DNA from: Lophium mytilinum
Lineage: Eukaryota
Direction: 5' to 3'
Length of the DNA stretch: 64,000 nt
NCBI GenBank assembly: GCA_010093605.1
Contig: MU004189.1
Span: 1,495,834 to 1,559,833, forward strand
Shown here: positions 34,901 through 47,280 of the stretch, one piece after another
How the letters are laid out: the number at the start of each line of letters is the position of its first letter
Numbering within the stretch: position 1 is the stretch's first letter
Program-made: the position numbers and the translations under genes
The notes under the pieces: generated by a model
Told to the model about the DNA's origin: nothing
Databases searched by the model: none
The model's input: the letters and a program-made list of their open reading frames with translations, nothing else

Positions 34901-35042
34901 CCGACCCATCAGCGAACGTGTTGTCAGCACCGGCGGCCGCGAGAGTCGTGTTGGTGGTGCAGGACGTGAGAGCCGCGTTGGCGGCAGGATGTCTAGCATG
35001 GGCAACAATGCCGGTGAAGATCGACCGCGGTGGAAGGGCTAG
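31983..35042 (+). CDS. KAR9: Kar9-domain cortical/microtubule-capture protein
   Basis: ~1019-aa ORF with helical core (MEWEELWNVVLGEIG, LFARMQPLRASLDFLPMRL) and a basic Ser/Pro-rich tail with SxIP-like motifs (SHIP, SAIP). Family recognised from memory. Confidence 0.75.
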   Translation: MTGSPDSTHLLSPNTPPRPTTAPSISDANQAKPAVRPHSHIGSLTTSPPARTPTTLNEPALDGLFVSRKASPGLLARMKLLNQQKSRVVSSPIFGQDKIGKIPESQLRELDILHNRDGSIRIQRLGRAWTGIGPNPYLEPQHTGDSQPAMDQDPSPGFDSDHSSVISTSDRVVPSDSEQDDTPDTLGEDTQKYRLPDITKTKSLSQSITETQSIAETQNNSEQDEPGPTPPPKDTPVTQAQSLDGTETEEQIDVASYFTRRSHIARAASIYTLSRVSFTNQIQQLTSISLPPAASLSSSISAIPTSTAAGRALHDAAGQIRLWMTKASEVLNGLDAEDDVEWAAAAGREGLAEVDIAIGRFESLVNVYITAIEELQSRSDIASLPAKALQGLMAQMDEVVRDWNKIKKTLKEIKSQVEIAMEWEELWNVVLGEIGLEIENLSRLVFEMEERRHRAITESVSESAEKFDIAELETIVEETPRQIKTSNRFSLPPTFSVSSPISPIPQMEQESSKLLALFARMQPLRASLDFLPMRLASFQNRGIKVFPTACDDLNRRKEILEAQEKQLEADADALRQELGEDKWVHSFRQAGSKALAMWTSLTKSVQKVRQAIDEQDDEKLASRISAYNDKKEHYPPSMRRVLELIDIEMRNRSTVNGEILRIQQDVRQKVTESEREIQEIDSVLDYFHSNKALRDSVSTVFSGRTEMSGSAIDTPGSSPASSVILMSRKGSENGPQTPNAGRKSRQGSTASSAKSVPSNRRYSSLPTSVSGVSHIPRHSLGSRLESMSISPSRGSSHTPSVHSNTSRSDRSDGTKPRWNASVNMNDTVVGHNFKPLSATTPSPHRKSSAMLRSMSTQSAIPVRSPLSQSTASPPPSKAPRPTSTTPSQRPSASKRTSFIQAPSTPSRVSAPRTSSASKLSASVTQSGRRVSPMPEEHDENDTVEESPTTRPKLARPSSSMNGRRSSLLPQPKTRPISERVVSTGGRESRVGGAGRESRVGGRMSSMGNNAGEDRPRWKG

Positions 35043-37073
35043 ATGGTACGGATGCTATAGTACTGTTGGTACTGTAAGCTGTTCCGTTCTGTTCTGCTCT
35101 GTCCGCCCTGTAGTTGTACGCGCAAAACGAAACGTGGTTGGACGTGTTTCTTCTGGCTGTGGTGATGTATACCCAGACTACTCGTTCTAATACCCTCTTA
35201 CGCTTGCTCCTCTCCCTCTCCATCTCCATCTCTGCTCTTCTTGTTGCGTTTGGCGAATGTGGAGCGTTCTCGTCTCATCTCATATCGTCCATTTGTCTGT
35301 TCGGCGCTCGGAGTTGGCATGTCATGGCCTGGAGGTGGCCGGGTATGCTATGTGCTGGAGCGTCGTGGTTTTGCGAAATGCCTTATATGGCTATTCTTCT
35401 CTTCTTTCTTCCATTTCGGTGGACTCTTTTCGAGGATTACTTCGTTTCGATGTGGATACTTGGGGCGAGGATAGCATTTCTGCCTATGGAAGAAAAGGGG
35501 GTTGTGGTTGTGTTCAGCCATATCAGGGGGCGAGACATGTTAGGGATCAGATATTTTGCCAGACGGGAACCACTAGGTATGGGAGATATTGGGACATGTG
35601 TTTGTCGGTCTGGGATTAGGTAGCGTGATAGTTTGGTGGTGGCATTTAGTTAGCTAGACTACCTATACTATCTACAAGCATCGTCAATACTTCGAGTCGT
35701 TCATGTGATAGTCTCCGAGGAAGTCTTGGAAGTAGATACCTATCGACTGCCGAACTCCAGCTTGCCACGACAACTTCCGGCTATCTACCTATCCGCTGCA
35801 AGCTGCACACCCCCAAATTCACAGCCTCGCATCTCTCTAACCGACATGACTATCCCATCCTACCTACAACCGAAGTTCGTTTAAGCACTCAGCCATCGAT
35901 CGCCAAACCGCGGAAGTTAAACAACCCGCGCCACAGCTGCACCGCCACAGGCCGCCACACCTCGCTTCCCGCGGCTCCACCCTGTCAGATGAAAGTGGGT
36001 CGAGGAATCACGGTATCGGTCAATACTTCGTACGTATATGCTTAGGCGCGTTATTGAACGCGTCAGGTGGAGGCAAGCCCTTAATGAATCGATCGTGCTA
36101 CTGCACGGCGGGTAGACTATTGGCATTGAGGGGGACGGGTTGAGGGTGTGCACTACTATCCCGAGGCCTCGGGGGAGGGTGTGAAGGTGGACGTGGTTTT
36201 TGGCTCAGGAACCGAACCCACTTTCTGCTCGATTCCAAGGCCCCCGGACTGGGCCACAGGGCCAACGGAGAAGCCGTTATCGCGTCCAGGAATGACGGGC
36301 TCTTGCAAGCGAGGCGCACAAGGGCTGGTTGGGTAAATGGGAGGACTCCGTAGCTGGCGCAATCTTCACCAATCCCATCTCTTGCTGCGAAATACCGGTC
36401 TTTAAATTGCCATGCTTCTGACGTCTGCACCGCGGCTCCCTGACAGTTGTCAACCGCCGGCGCAACGCCCGCATGGATTCGCTGTGGGGAGCAGCCAGTC
36501 GCCGACGCCGTCGAGCGGCTCCTGGCTCGAAGCGGCAAGGGGCCGTGGAAAGATCGTTGCCGGTTTGGGCGGTGGGTATGACGTGAAGGGTGTAGAGCGC
36601 AATCAACCCACGACGGGGGCACGAGCAGGGAATCGGGGCTAAGTGATAATAGTGAGTTGCTGCTGCGGCTTGGATGCCTTATTTTTCTGCCTTCTGCAGT
36701 TGTTGTTCTTGTTGTTAGGTCAGTCCGTCACGTTTGATTTCTCAAGGACTCGAGACCACGTATTCCTCAATTCCCAACGAGGCGATCCCAATTGCGGGCG
36801 GAAGCGCCACATTTCTATTCTCGGCCCAGACTACCAAGACACGAGTGGCGAGTGACTGATCCATCCCGTGGTGATCTGGTGCTCCGCGATCCCGCCTCCG
36901 AGCTTTATGCTACCGTTTCACGCGACGCTTCCTGAGTCCACAAAGTCTCTGTCCTCTCGTTTTCTACACCTTTCACCGTCGCTATTGAGAGCTTCACTCG
37001 CTTGATAAACTGAGGAGCTCGAATTCCTGGAGGTTTAATATTAAAACAAAGTCGCGTTGAACGCCCCATCACT

Positions 37074-39816
37074 ATGGCGCAGCCCACCGCTGCGTACCCG
37101 GATAATTCTTCGAGCATGAAGACTGGAACCGTAGAACAGCCAACCCGCCGCCGCTCCGTTTTCATGGAAGTCGGCCTCGTCGACGAAGAGGCCTTCGCCG
37201 CGGAACGCAGACCCCATACCCCGACTCTCATACCAAACCCATCGCCAAAACGCTCGCGCCCAGCCCTGAAAGTACGCTTTCGCAGCGAAGCCGATATCTT
37301 CGGCCACAACAAGGACGAGGACGCAGAAACAAACACCGATTCTGAAGCAGAGGCCGAAGTGGGAGACTATGACTCGCTGGCAACGACGACGCTGAGCTCG
37401 GTCCCAGAGACCGGAAAGACATATTCCCGGCTGTATCGACTAGGCATTCTCGCGTTTGTGCTGGCTGTACTGCTGCCGTTACTGCAGGGGAACTCTGTGA
37501 CCGGAGCGAGTGAGCGGACGCTGTTTGGGGCGAGGGGAGGCGTCATCCCGAGGCATGATAGTGAGATTGTGGTGGAGGATGGGTTCGTAAAAAGGGAGGA
37601 TAGTCCCACGACGGTTTGCAAAAGATGGAGCCACCAATGTGAGCATGATAGGAATTGGAATTGAGAGGAAGCTGGGCTAACTCAGGGTAGCTGCTATTGT
37701 CAATGGAACGCTCTACATATACGGCGGGCGGGTGACTACTGATGCCCAGCAGACCGATAATACATGGAGTATGTTCATGATCTTCCCTCAAATATACTCT
37801 TGGAAACATGGCTAATTGCGGTCTCTTAGCGAACGACTTCCTGACCCTGGACCTAACTAAGTCATGGCAAATCGGGTCTCCCTCTCTAACAGGCCTGGCT
37901 CAACCTTCCGGACCACCAGCTGTTGCGAACGGCTATCTCTGGAACTCTCTCAATTCTCTGTTTCTCTACGGCGGCGAGTTCTCAGACACCCCCGTCGAAA
38001 CCCCGACTGCGTTCTCGACGTGGGAATACGATATCCCCTCATCTACCTGGAAGGAACACACCAGCCCTAAGAGTTCTGGCGGCAAGAACGCTGAAGGCGA
38101 TGGTCAGGCTATCCAGCGCGCAGCTGAAGGTGCTGGCTTTGGCGTCTCAGCCTTGGGAAGAGGATGGTACTTCGGCGGCCATTTGGATTACCTCACCACC
38201 GAAGGATGGAGCATTGATGTCGCGCGGGTGTATTTAAGGAGCTTAGTTGAATTCACTTTCCCGGGATATTCGAATGATGCTGTCACGAGTCTTGAGAACG
38301 GCAAGACGGCTGGGGAGGAGGGAGTGTATCGGAACATTACAGAAGGTGGATTGCAAGACGAGGCGGGTTTCACTGAAAGAGCCGATGGGTTGTTGCTTTA
38401 CGTCCCTGGTTTCGGAGCTGAGGGTATCTTGCTCGGACTCACTGGGGGTACTAATGCGACCTTTGTGAGTATGAGAAGCAGATGATGTGGTGCAAATGCT
38501 AAGAACATGCAGACCCAAATGAACGTCATTGATGTTTATGATATCGCCAATTCAACGTGGTATAAGCAACCTACAAGTGGGAAGACGCCGGAGTACAGGG
38601 TCAACCCGTGTGCTGTAGTTGCAGCCGCTGCTGAGTAAGTCACTGATACTTTCATATGAATCATCCCCATGTTTCCCTTCTACTTTCTGGTAATAATTGA
38701 CTAACCCCCTTTAGTGGCTCCTCCTACAACATCCACATGTTCGGCGGCCAAAACCTCCAACCCTACAAAGAGCAAACCCAATACAACGACACGTGGATCC
38801 TCTCCATCCCCTCCTTCACCTGGATCCCGGTCGACACCTCCTCGCAAGCCGTCCCCTACTCCCGCGCCGGCCACAGCTGCAACGTCTGGGACGGCCAAAT
38901 GATCGTGGTTGGCGGCTATGTCGGACAAGATCTCTCTTGCGACTCCCCCGGCATCTACGTCTTCAACATGTCCTCCCTCGAATGGGGAACTCAATTCACC
39001 GCCCTGACCGGCGACGCCGCCACAAAGGCCTGGTCTGGCGGCGGAGACGGCGACGCCTCCAACCCGCTCAGCCAGCAGGGCAACCAGCGCGGCTTCAACG
39101 CCTCCTCCGGTCTCGAAGGCTCCTACGGCTACCAAGTCCCCGCTGTCGTGCAATCCATCATCGGCGGCAACGCGACAGGTGGCGCAACGCTCACGGCGCC
39201 CGTCCAGACTCCCACCGCCGGTCCCTTAGCCACCGGCAAACCAATCACCTACACGATCACCGGCGCAAACGGCGCAACCGTCACCACAACCGCTGCCCCG
39301 GTTGCCGCGGCAGCAGGGAAGAGCGGGCCAAACATCGGTGCTATCATCGCTGGGGTCATCGCGGGCGTCTTCGCAGTCATCGCGGCGTACTTCGCGTTCT
39401 GTGCGTGGGTCTACCGCAAGCGTGTCATGTTGTGGAAGGACCACGCGCAGATGGCGCAGCGGCAGAACGAGAAGAACGACACCGTAGCTGCGGGTGCAGC
39501 CCTAATCCCACCGAGCAGCTCTGGGGCCGGGGGACGGAGAAGCGGGAATGGGAGCGCGAAAGTTAGTAGCGAGAGGCCGCCGGGGAGTCTGGCGGGGAGT
39601 GGGGTGGTTACGGGATCTAGTGGGGCGGCGACGGGGAGCTCGGGGGTGGATGGGATTGGGCCTGTTGGAACTGGAGGTGGGGGCAGTCTGGAGAGGAGGA
39701 GTAGTGCGGAGAGTAGTACGGAGGATTTGCTTATGGGGCAGGAGCCGACGTTTTGGGGCACGAGGGGTGTTTTGCTGAATCCGAGGAGGAGTTTGAGGGT
39801 TATTAATCGCGATTAG
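37074..39816 (+). CDS. Kelch/galactose-oxidase-repeat membrane protein (multi-exon)
   Basis: Kelch-type LYIYGG, LFLYGG, WYFGG, MFGG and IVVGG motifs. N-proximal hydrophobic segment and C-proximal TM IGAIIAGVIAGVFAVIAAYFAF. Confidence 0.85.
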
Positions 39817-40393
39817 GGGGTGTGAGTTTGTCATTTTGGATTACCCGAGTATTTTGGATGGTTGGTCGTTATAGCGATTTACGAGTAATGGAATGTTTTG
39901 AAGTGAGTAAGACGCAATGGCGAGAGGTGATGTGTTGGGACATAACTTCGAAAGTGTGAATTACGCGTCAATCTGAAGTACGCCTAGGTTAAGTTGACGT
40001 TGCCGACCTTCGAACTCGTAAGAAATTGATGGGTGAACCGTCAAAGTTCTCATTTACTACCCTCGTTAGTTCAATCTTCCACGTATTGAAACATAACTTC
40101 ACACGGTTTTGCTTCTCAGACTAGTGATATTTTAAGTCATGATTGAATCTAATATAGAGACTGTACTTTCTTCTGCTTGAATGAACTCTTTTTTCCAATC
40201 AGAATTTCTCTATCAATTTGATCTTGAGTAGTAATGTGTATGAGGTTGTGATACGTAGTAGGTTGTGATCGAAGGATTGTGGCTGTGAAAAGCTCCCCGC
40301 AAGTGTGGCTTCGCCGAAACTAACGGTGTTCCAGCTAGGTAGGTATCCAAACTCTCCCTCGACAACATCCTCACAAAGCAACAGCAATTCACG

Positions 40394-42409
40394 ATGTCTA
40401 TAGTATCTGGTATGCTCTTACCCTCTGCTTAGTCTATCATCGCCTAACTGAGATCAATAGAGGCCATTTGGGCCGCATCTCCCACCACCACTCGCGGCCA
40501 ACCGACCCCACTGTCGTCAGATCCCAAGGGTGAGAGGATAGCATATGCGGTACGACGCGTACTTTACGCCCATATAACCCCAAACTAACGCACAACCTTC
40601 AGTCCAACAAGTCAATCTTCCTACGAAACATCGACAACCCAGCCATCAGCAAACAATACACAGCCCACACCACCCAGACCTCCGTCGCCCGTTTCTCACC
40701 ATCAGGCTACTACGTAGCTAGTGGCGATGTCTCTGGTACCGTAAGGGTATGGGATTGCGTAGGAGAGGGCGCCACAAAAGGTCATATATGCCCCGCAAGC
40801 CTGCCCCATTTTGTGGCTGATTCCTGAAAGAGGAACCACGCTGACGGCCCTCTTTCTTCCTGCAGGCGAATACCACATCATATCCGGCCGCATCAATGAT
40901 ATTGCATGGGATGGCGATAGTCAACGGATAATTGCTGTCGGCGACGGGAAAGAACGCTTTGGTCACTGCATCACGGCCGACAGCGGCAATAGCGTGGGCG
41001 AAATCTCCGGACACTCTTCGCAGATCAATTCGGTTTCTATACGCCAGCAGCGGCCTCTGCGTGCGGTGACCGGGAGTGACGATACGAGCTTGGTCTTCTA
41101 TCACGGCGCACCTTTCAAGTTCAATACGAATCTGCGAGGCCAGCACAGTAGATTTGTGTTTGGGACCGCGTTTAGCCCGGATGGAAGTGTGTTTGGGAGC
41201 GTTGGTGCGGATAAGAAGATCTGGCTGTTTGATGGCAAGACTGGTGAGCAGAAGGTGGCGGTTGGGGACGGTGTTCACACGGGCAGTATCTTCGGGATTT
41301 CTTGGTCGAAAGACTCGAAGCAGTTCGTCACAGCGAGCGCCGACCAAACCGTCCGAATATGGGACGCCGAGGCTGGAAAGGCTGTGCAAAGATGGAGAAT
41401 GGGCGAAGAAGGCGTCGTCAGCATTCCCGATCAGCAGATGGGAGTAGTCTGGCCCTCTGGACGGAGCGATGGCCTCGTCATCAGCGTTGACCTCGAAGGG
41501 AATCTCAATTATCTGGTCCCAGGATCGCAGAAGCCGACGCAGGTCGTCCGTGGGCACCAAAAGAACGTCACTGCTGCCGCCATATCTGATTCAACATTCT
41601 TCACCGGCAGTTTTGAAGGCCGCATTCGAGCTTGGGACATCGCTACCGGCCTTGCTGACAAGGTAGATGGCGACGGCCACTCGAACTACGTAGCCGGCCT
41701 CACTGCAACCTCCGCAAAGGGCGAGCCCCAAGTCTACAGTGTCGGCTGGGACGACTCCCTCCGCTCTATCTCCGTCCCTACCAAGACCTTCACGGGCTCC
41801 AGCACGTCCCTCAAGTACCAACCAAAAGGCGTGACCACTACCTCCGGCACTATCCTCATCGTAGCACCCGAATCCATCGAACTCTACAACGACGGCGAAA
41901 CCGTAGGCTCCTTCCCCGTCAAATACACCCCCACCGCCATCGCGGCCTCTGGCTCTACAGTCGCCGTCGGCGGCGACGACAAACTCGTCCACATCTACAC
42001 CCTCACCGGCACCACTCTCAAAGACACCTCCACCGAGCTCCGCCGCGCCACCTCCCCCATCTCCGCTCTCGCCTTCTCGGCAAATGGGGAGCGTCTCGCC
42101 GTGGGAGCTGCGAATGGCAAGATTTACGCCTACGAAGCGGGTGGGGAGTGGAAACTCATCACGGACCGGTGGAGTGCGCATACGGCGCGGATCACGAGTC
42201 TAGCGTGGGATGAGGGCGCTGAGGCGGCGGCGAGCGGGAGTCTAGATACGAATGTGATGGTGTGGAGTGTGAAGGATCCGGGAAAGAGGATCAAGGCGTT
42301 GAATGCGCATAAGGATGGGGTTACGGGGGTTGCGTGGGCGGGGGCGGGGAAGGTGGTGAGTACGGGGGGTGATGCGGCGGTGAAGGTGTGGAAGGTGGGC
42401 GGGTTTTGA
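40394..42409 (+). CDS. AIP1: Actin-interacting protein 1 (WD40; 4 exons)
   Basis: PTTTRGQPT, ARFSPSGYYVASGDVSG, QRPLRAVTGSDD, FYHGAPFKF and ASGSLDTNV motifs. Confidence 0.93.
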
Positions 42410-44977
42410 TGAGGGGATAGGGGGAGGGTGTAGTATGGGGGAACCTTTGGGCACTGTTCGTAAGGGCCGTCATCTCAGACCTTTTGCGGGTGTATTCCAC
42501 CACCACAGCTTAGTCTACCCAAAAAGACTAGGAGTTACTTCTCAGGAGTTTAAGAGAGCAGCTCGCATAGTTTTCGAATAGTACGAGTTGTGTAGTAGAT
42601 TTCCATCTTAAAAGCAGATTGAATAGCAAAACGAAAAGGTTAGATGTGACCTCTCTATTTGCAACGTCTACCCCAAGTCATGTCTAAAAGTCCTTAGACG
42701 CTCCACAGAGGAATTTGGGGTGTACCCCTGAGGGGGTCTAGACTATTTTGTATCGCTAGTTAGACACAGCTCGTAAGAGAAGACGGCTCTCATGCTTTCC
42801 GAATTGGGAGTGCGCTAGGCATGTTTAGTGCCACCTTTATTTGTACCACGACGACAATGCCTCTTCACAGCTACATCGTGAACGCTCTGCGTCCCATAGA
42901 CGCAGATGACCATTGCTACTATCTCGTATATTAGTAAAATTACGTGTTTGTTATATCGGCTCGATGCTAGGCAACACCACCATTCTTGGCCAGACTTCCA
43001 TTGGTGCGTTCATTTGTTCCAGTTACCTAGTACAGTCACGTTTTCTTCATGCTATGCCACTTCAAATTCTACGAGCTGGCTTCTAGAACACTTCATATAC
43101 CTTTGAAAAGAATAGCAAGTGTGAAATAGAGATTGAGGTTAATGCCTCGATGCTTATACGTCAACAGTACCCCTCTCATGTAACTTCTCTCTGCACATAC
43201 GGGACAAAGGCCTCTACCAATGATAGTTTTCCTCGGTTCAAACTGGGCAACAGCTACTGAACCCCCTGCAACGGAGCATTCAGACATGTCTCGACGTGGG
43301 CGTATTCTGCAAATGCTTGCATTACTTCCAGGAAACGATATATACATGCCTGACCGTCTCGCGCCGAGGCACAGGTCACGTTGTCCAACAGGGGGTGGAA
43401 GAATGACATCGTTGACTGTGCTCTTGAATACCACCATAGGGTGCTCAGGAGAGCACTAGAGTACAGCCTTAGTCTTCTGGGGATGCGGAATTGGCAGCGG
43501 CTTTACTACTGTTTGCCGGAGATATCTGCAACAGAGACATTGAGAAGACAGGCAGTTCCTTGCTATTCTCAAAGCATCATCCTTGTGGTCATGCGACAAC
43601 GGCGTTGCACAAAATTAAGCTTATTCGGCACTGCTGTGGCGCAGGGATTGACGCAGATAACCGCTTTGACGTGCAGATTTCTGATCGGGAGGCTTCGTTG
43701 CCAAACAGTCTGCTGTATCCCACACTTACGTTATCTCCACAACCTCCGAACTCCCCTCACAAAAACCTGTCTAGCGATCGATATGCGGGACACGCACCAC
43801 AGGCTCTGCGGATTTGGCCACATGCTCACCAGAGGCTGCACCTAGAAGAGTACGGAGAACCACTGCCGACACGAAGAGGGTTAGCGGAGGCGAAAGCCAG
43901 GGTGAAGACCACGACGACATCCAACAGCGGCCAGAGCTCACCGTTAGCGATAGCGAGGAGCGCCAGCCGCAGAGGGCTTACTGCTCCCGACCCCAGATGA
44001 TGCACTCCACACTTTCTCCAGCTTCCATGGCTTCTATGACCGGGGTGGACGCCTGCGGAAGCACTTGGGCATCAGCGGATATGGCAGGCCACGCGCATCA
44101 TGGCTCCCACGAGCTTGCCATAGGCAGCAGAGGCCGAAGACTGATACATGGGCGGCTTGGCCTTAATTTATTCTCGATGCTCGCGCTGGAATCTGGCATC
44201 CTGGAAACTTCGAGTGGAGCCGTCTGCAGGTCCGCTGCCAGGCCACAGTTGATGACAAGGGCGGCAGAGCACGCACATCAAGGCGCGCGAGTAGCAATAG
44301 TGGACGCTGATAAGACGTCTGTGAGCATTCATTAGGCTGTATATGGCACGGACGCGCCAGTACGAGACGGCATCCAACGACGTCGCTTTCCCCAGAGTCC
44401 CCACCTCACGCTACCCATGTACCGCGGTGCCCTCTACATACGCACGCTTGAATGCACTGTGCCCAGTGCGGCCGGCGCTGGTCGCTTGAACGCAGTTTTC
44501 CCCGGCTCCGGTGTGTGGCTGCCTCCGCCACCAGCTCTGATTGCACCGAATTGCGTGCAATTGATGTTGCGAGGACCAGGTGAGAGCCGGGCGCGTGAAC
44601 GACGGTGTCGTGACAAACCTGGCGGCCTCCACCCACACCTCCTTACCCCAGGGGCTTCTCAAACGCGTTATGATTATCTGGACCAACTTGTGGAGCGCCT
44701 GGCATGCCCTGCTCGCCGCATCGGCACCGCTCATCTCGTTCTGGTTTTGGGAACAGCCAGGCCCACAGCGATATCGATATATACTCGTCTGGCCTCCATA
44801 TGGCCGGCCGTCGAACTCACTGCTCTCTTCAAACTCCGTACCGACTTAGATTTTGGCCCACAACCGCGTTCTCGTCCTTGAAGTCAATAAAGCCTCCTAA
44901 GCCCCGCTTTGGGTTCGTACGCCGCCGCCATTTTATCTTGCAGCAGTCCCCGGCCGCCGTGCCCGCATCCACCAATC

Positions 44978-47280
44978 ATGGCTGGCGTCACTCCATCGCC
45001 AGATGTTAGTCCGGTGTCAGCAGCAACCACCAATAGCCTTTACCTGCGAGACTCGTTTTGCCTCGACCTCTCCAACCTGCCAGATGCAAGCAACTTTGTG
45101 CTCAAGTCTACTCTCCAGTCTCCTCACCTCCTAGATTCGCCGAATGGCTTCTACCAAGGAAACGGGTTTTTAACCAGAGGCTTCAAAAAGCGGCCTCGCA
45201 ACATGTCTCAATCCTCGACTGATCGGGAGATGTCCCACGATGGGCTGATGCAGGGCAATGGCCCGACCAGCAACGACTCTCGCTCCAACCCTAAGAAACG
45301 TCCAAGCAGCGACACAATCGACTATCCGCGTAGACGAGCAACAATTGCGGTAGTACCTTCCCACTAAATACTTATCAGCATTCAACTTACTTGTTTACAG
45401 TGCGAAATCTGCCGCTCGAGAAAGTCTCGTTGCGATGGATCAAGGCCAAAATGCCGACTATGCACAGAGCTCAATGCCGAGTGCGTGTATAGAGAGCCTG
45501 GTATCAAACTTGATGCGGGCGATAAACTCATCCTGGAGCACCTTAATCGTATTGAAGGTCTCCTCCATTCAAATCTAGTTGGTGGCTATTCACTGGCAAC
45601 ACATTCACCAAGTGGCAGTAATAGCACCAACGAAGAACTCCTCGCACGCAGTACCAGTAATCTATCCGTCATGGGTATGATTCCTCCCATGAATGGTCTA
45701 GGCACTTGGCATAACTTGTCGTCAAATATATCGACCATGCCAAAAATCCATACCACGCCGGCGCTGCACCTGCTCCAATGGCCGATGATACGCGATCTGG
45801 TATCGCGCCCTTATGACCCTCAAGTTCTTCTCCAACTAGAGATGGCACGGGAGCCTCTTTGCTTGGGTACTTCCCTCAGTTTAGACCTCTCAAACAACGG
45901 AACCTACGTCCAAGCATTCTTCGAACGAGTCAATGTCTGGTACGCATGCGTCAACCCACATACTTGGACGAGCTATTACCGTACTGCGCTCTCACATGGC
46001 TTTCGTGAGGGAGCAGAGAGCTGCATTGTCCTCCTCGTGCTGGCACTGGGCGCTGCCGGAGCTGCCGGGAGCATTTCTCAGCAACCAGCCGACAAGGACG
46101 CTCCTGGCTTAGCTTACTTCTCCGCGGCTTGGGCTTTACTACCAAGCCTCATGACAAGGAATACGATGCTCTCTGCTCAATGTCACATATTGGCATCTGC
46201 GTACTTGTTTTACATTGTACGACCGCTCGAGGCGTGGAATCTATTGACAAGCACAAGTATGAAACTCCAGCTGCTTCTCAGTGCGCCTGGTAGGCTTCCT
46301 GCTCACGCAAAGGAATTGAGTGAGCGAGTTTACTGGAACACTTTGCTCTTTGAGAGGTCAGTCGATTCACTTTACAAGCGGATGAGATTACGGACGGCTT
46401 GACTAATAGCGAATGGCATCGTAGTGATCTCTTAGCCGAGCTCGATCTGCCTCATTCTGGCATTGTTCAATTTGAAGAAGTGGTTGGGCTGCCTGGTGGT
46501 TTCGAAGATGAAGGTGAGGAGGCCGTAGGCAGAGATGAGCTTTGGTATTTCTTGGCCGAAATTGCTCTTCGGCGCCTCCTCAACCGTGTGAGCCATCTCA
46601 TTTACTCGAAGACCTCGCCAAACACTTCCATTGCAGCTTTGGAACCACTAGTAGCCGAGCTAGACTACCAACTGGCTCAATGGTACGAAGGACTGCCACT
46701 TCCAGTCCAATTTCCTCACAGCAGAGTCCCGCTTTCCAACCCTGTTCAGACGGTACTCAGGTTACGTTACTTTGCATGTCGTACCATTATTTTTAGGCCC
46801 TACATTTTAGCTGTATTGAACGACGAGAGTGCCGCCTTGGATCCCAATGTTCAAGAGAATTGTAGGAAGTGCCTCGAGGCCTGCATTCGACAATTAGAGC
46901 ATATCACGGCACAGTATGTTGATTTTACTTCTCGCATAGAGTTCTCGGGATCTGACGTATATTATAGCCACGCCGGACATCTTCCCTACCTATGGCAGGG
47001 AGCACTTTCGTAAGCTAACCACATCTTACGGCGGATATCGATGCTAATAGTCTCCAGAATTGTGTCTCAAACACTTCTAGTCATGGGCGCAACTATGTCT
47101 CCGTCTTTATCAGCACTCCTTCCGCCACCGCATCAGATGGATATCATTATCGACGACGTCGTGTTGGAAATCGAGCGCTACGCACATCTAGCGCCAAGTT
47201 TGAGCCTCTCCGCAGAGATTATTCGGGAAGCGGAGGAAAGAAGACAGATGTTCCTACGATCCACAGGGTTGAAAGCATGA
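44978..47280 (+). CDS. Zn(II)2Cys6 transcription factor with fungal-specific TF domain (5 exons; alternative ATG at 45203)
   Basis: RRRATIA|CEICRSRKSRCDGSRPKCRLCTELNAEC across intron 45350-45400, plus middle homology region ERVYWNTL. Confidence 0.93.

Noticed and set aside
42900..44900. Several overlapping 100-170-aa ORFs upstream of the Zn2Cys6 gene
   Set aside because: No recognisable motifs or consistent splice structure. More likely a long regulatory region.
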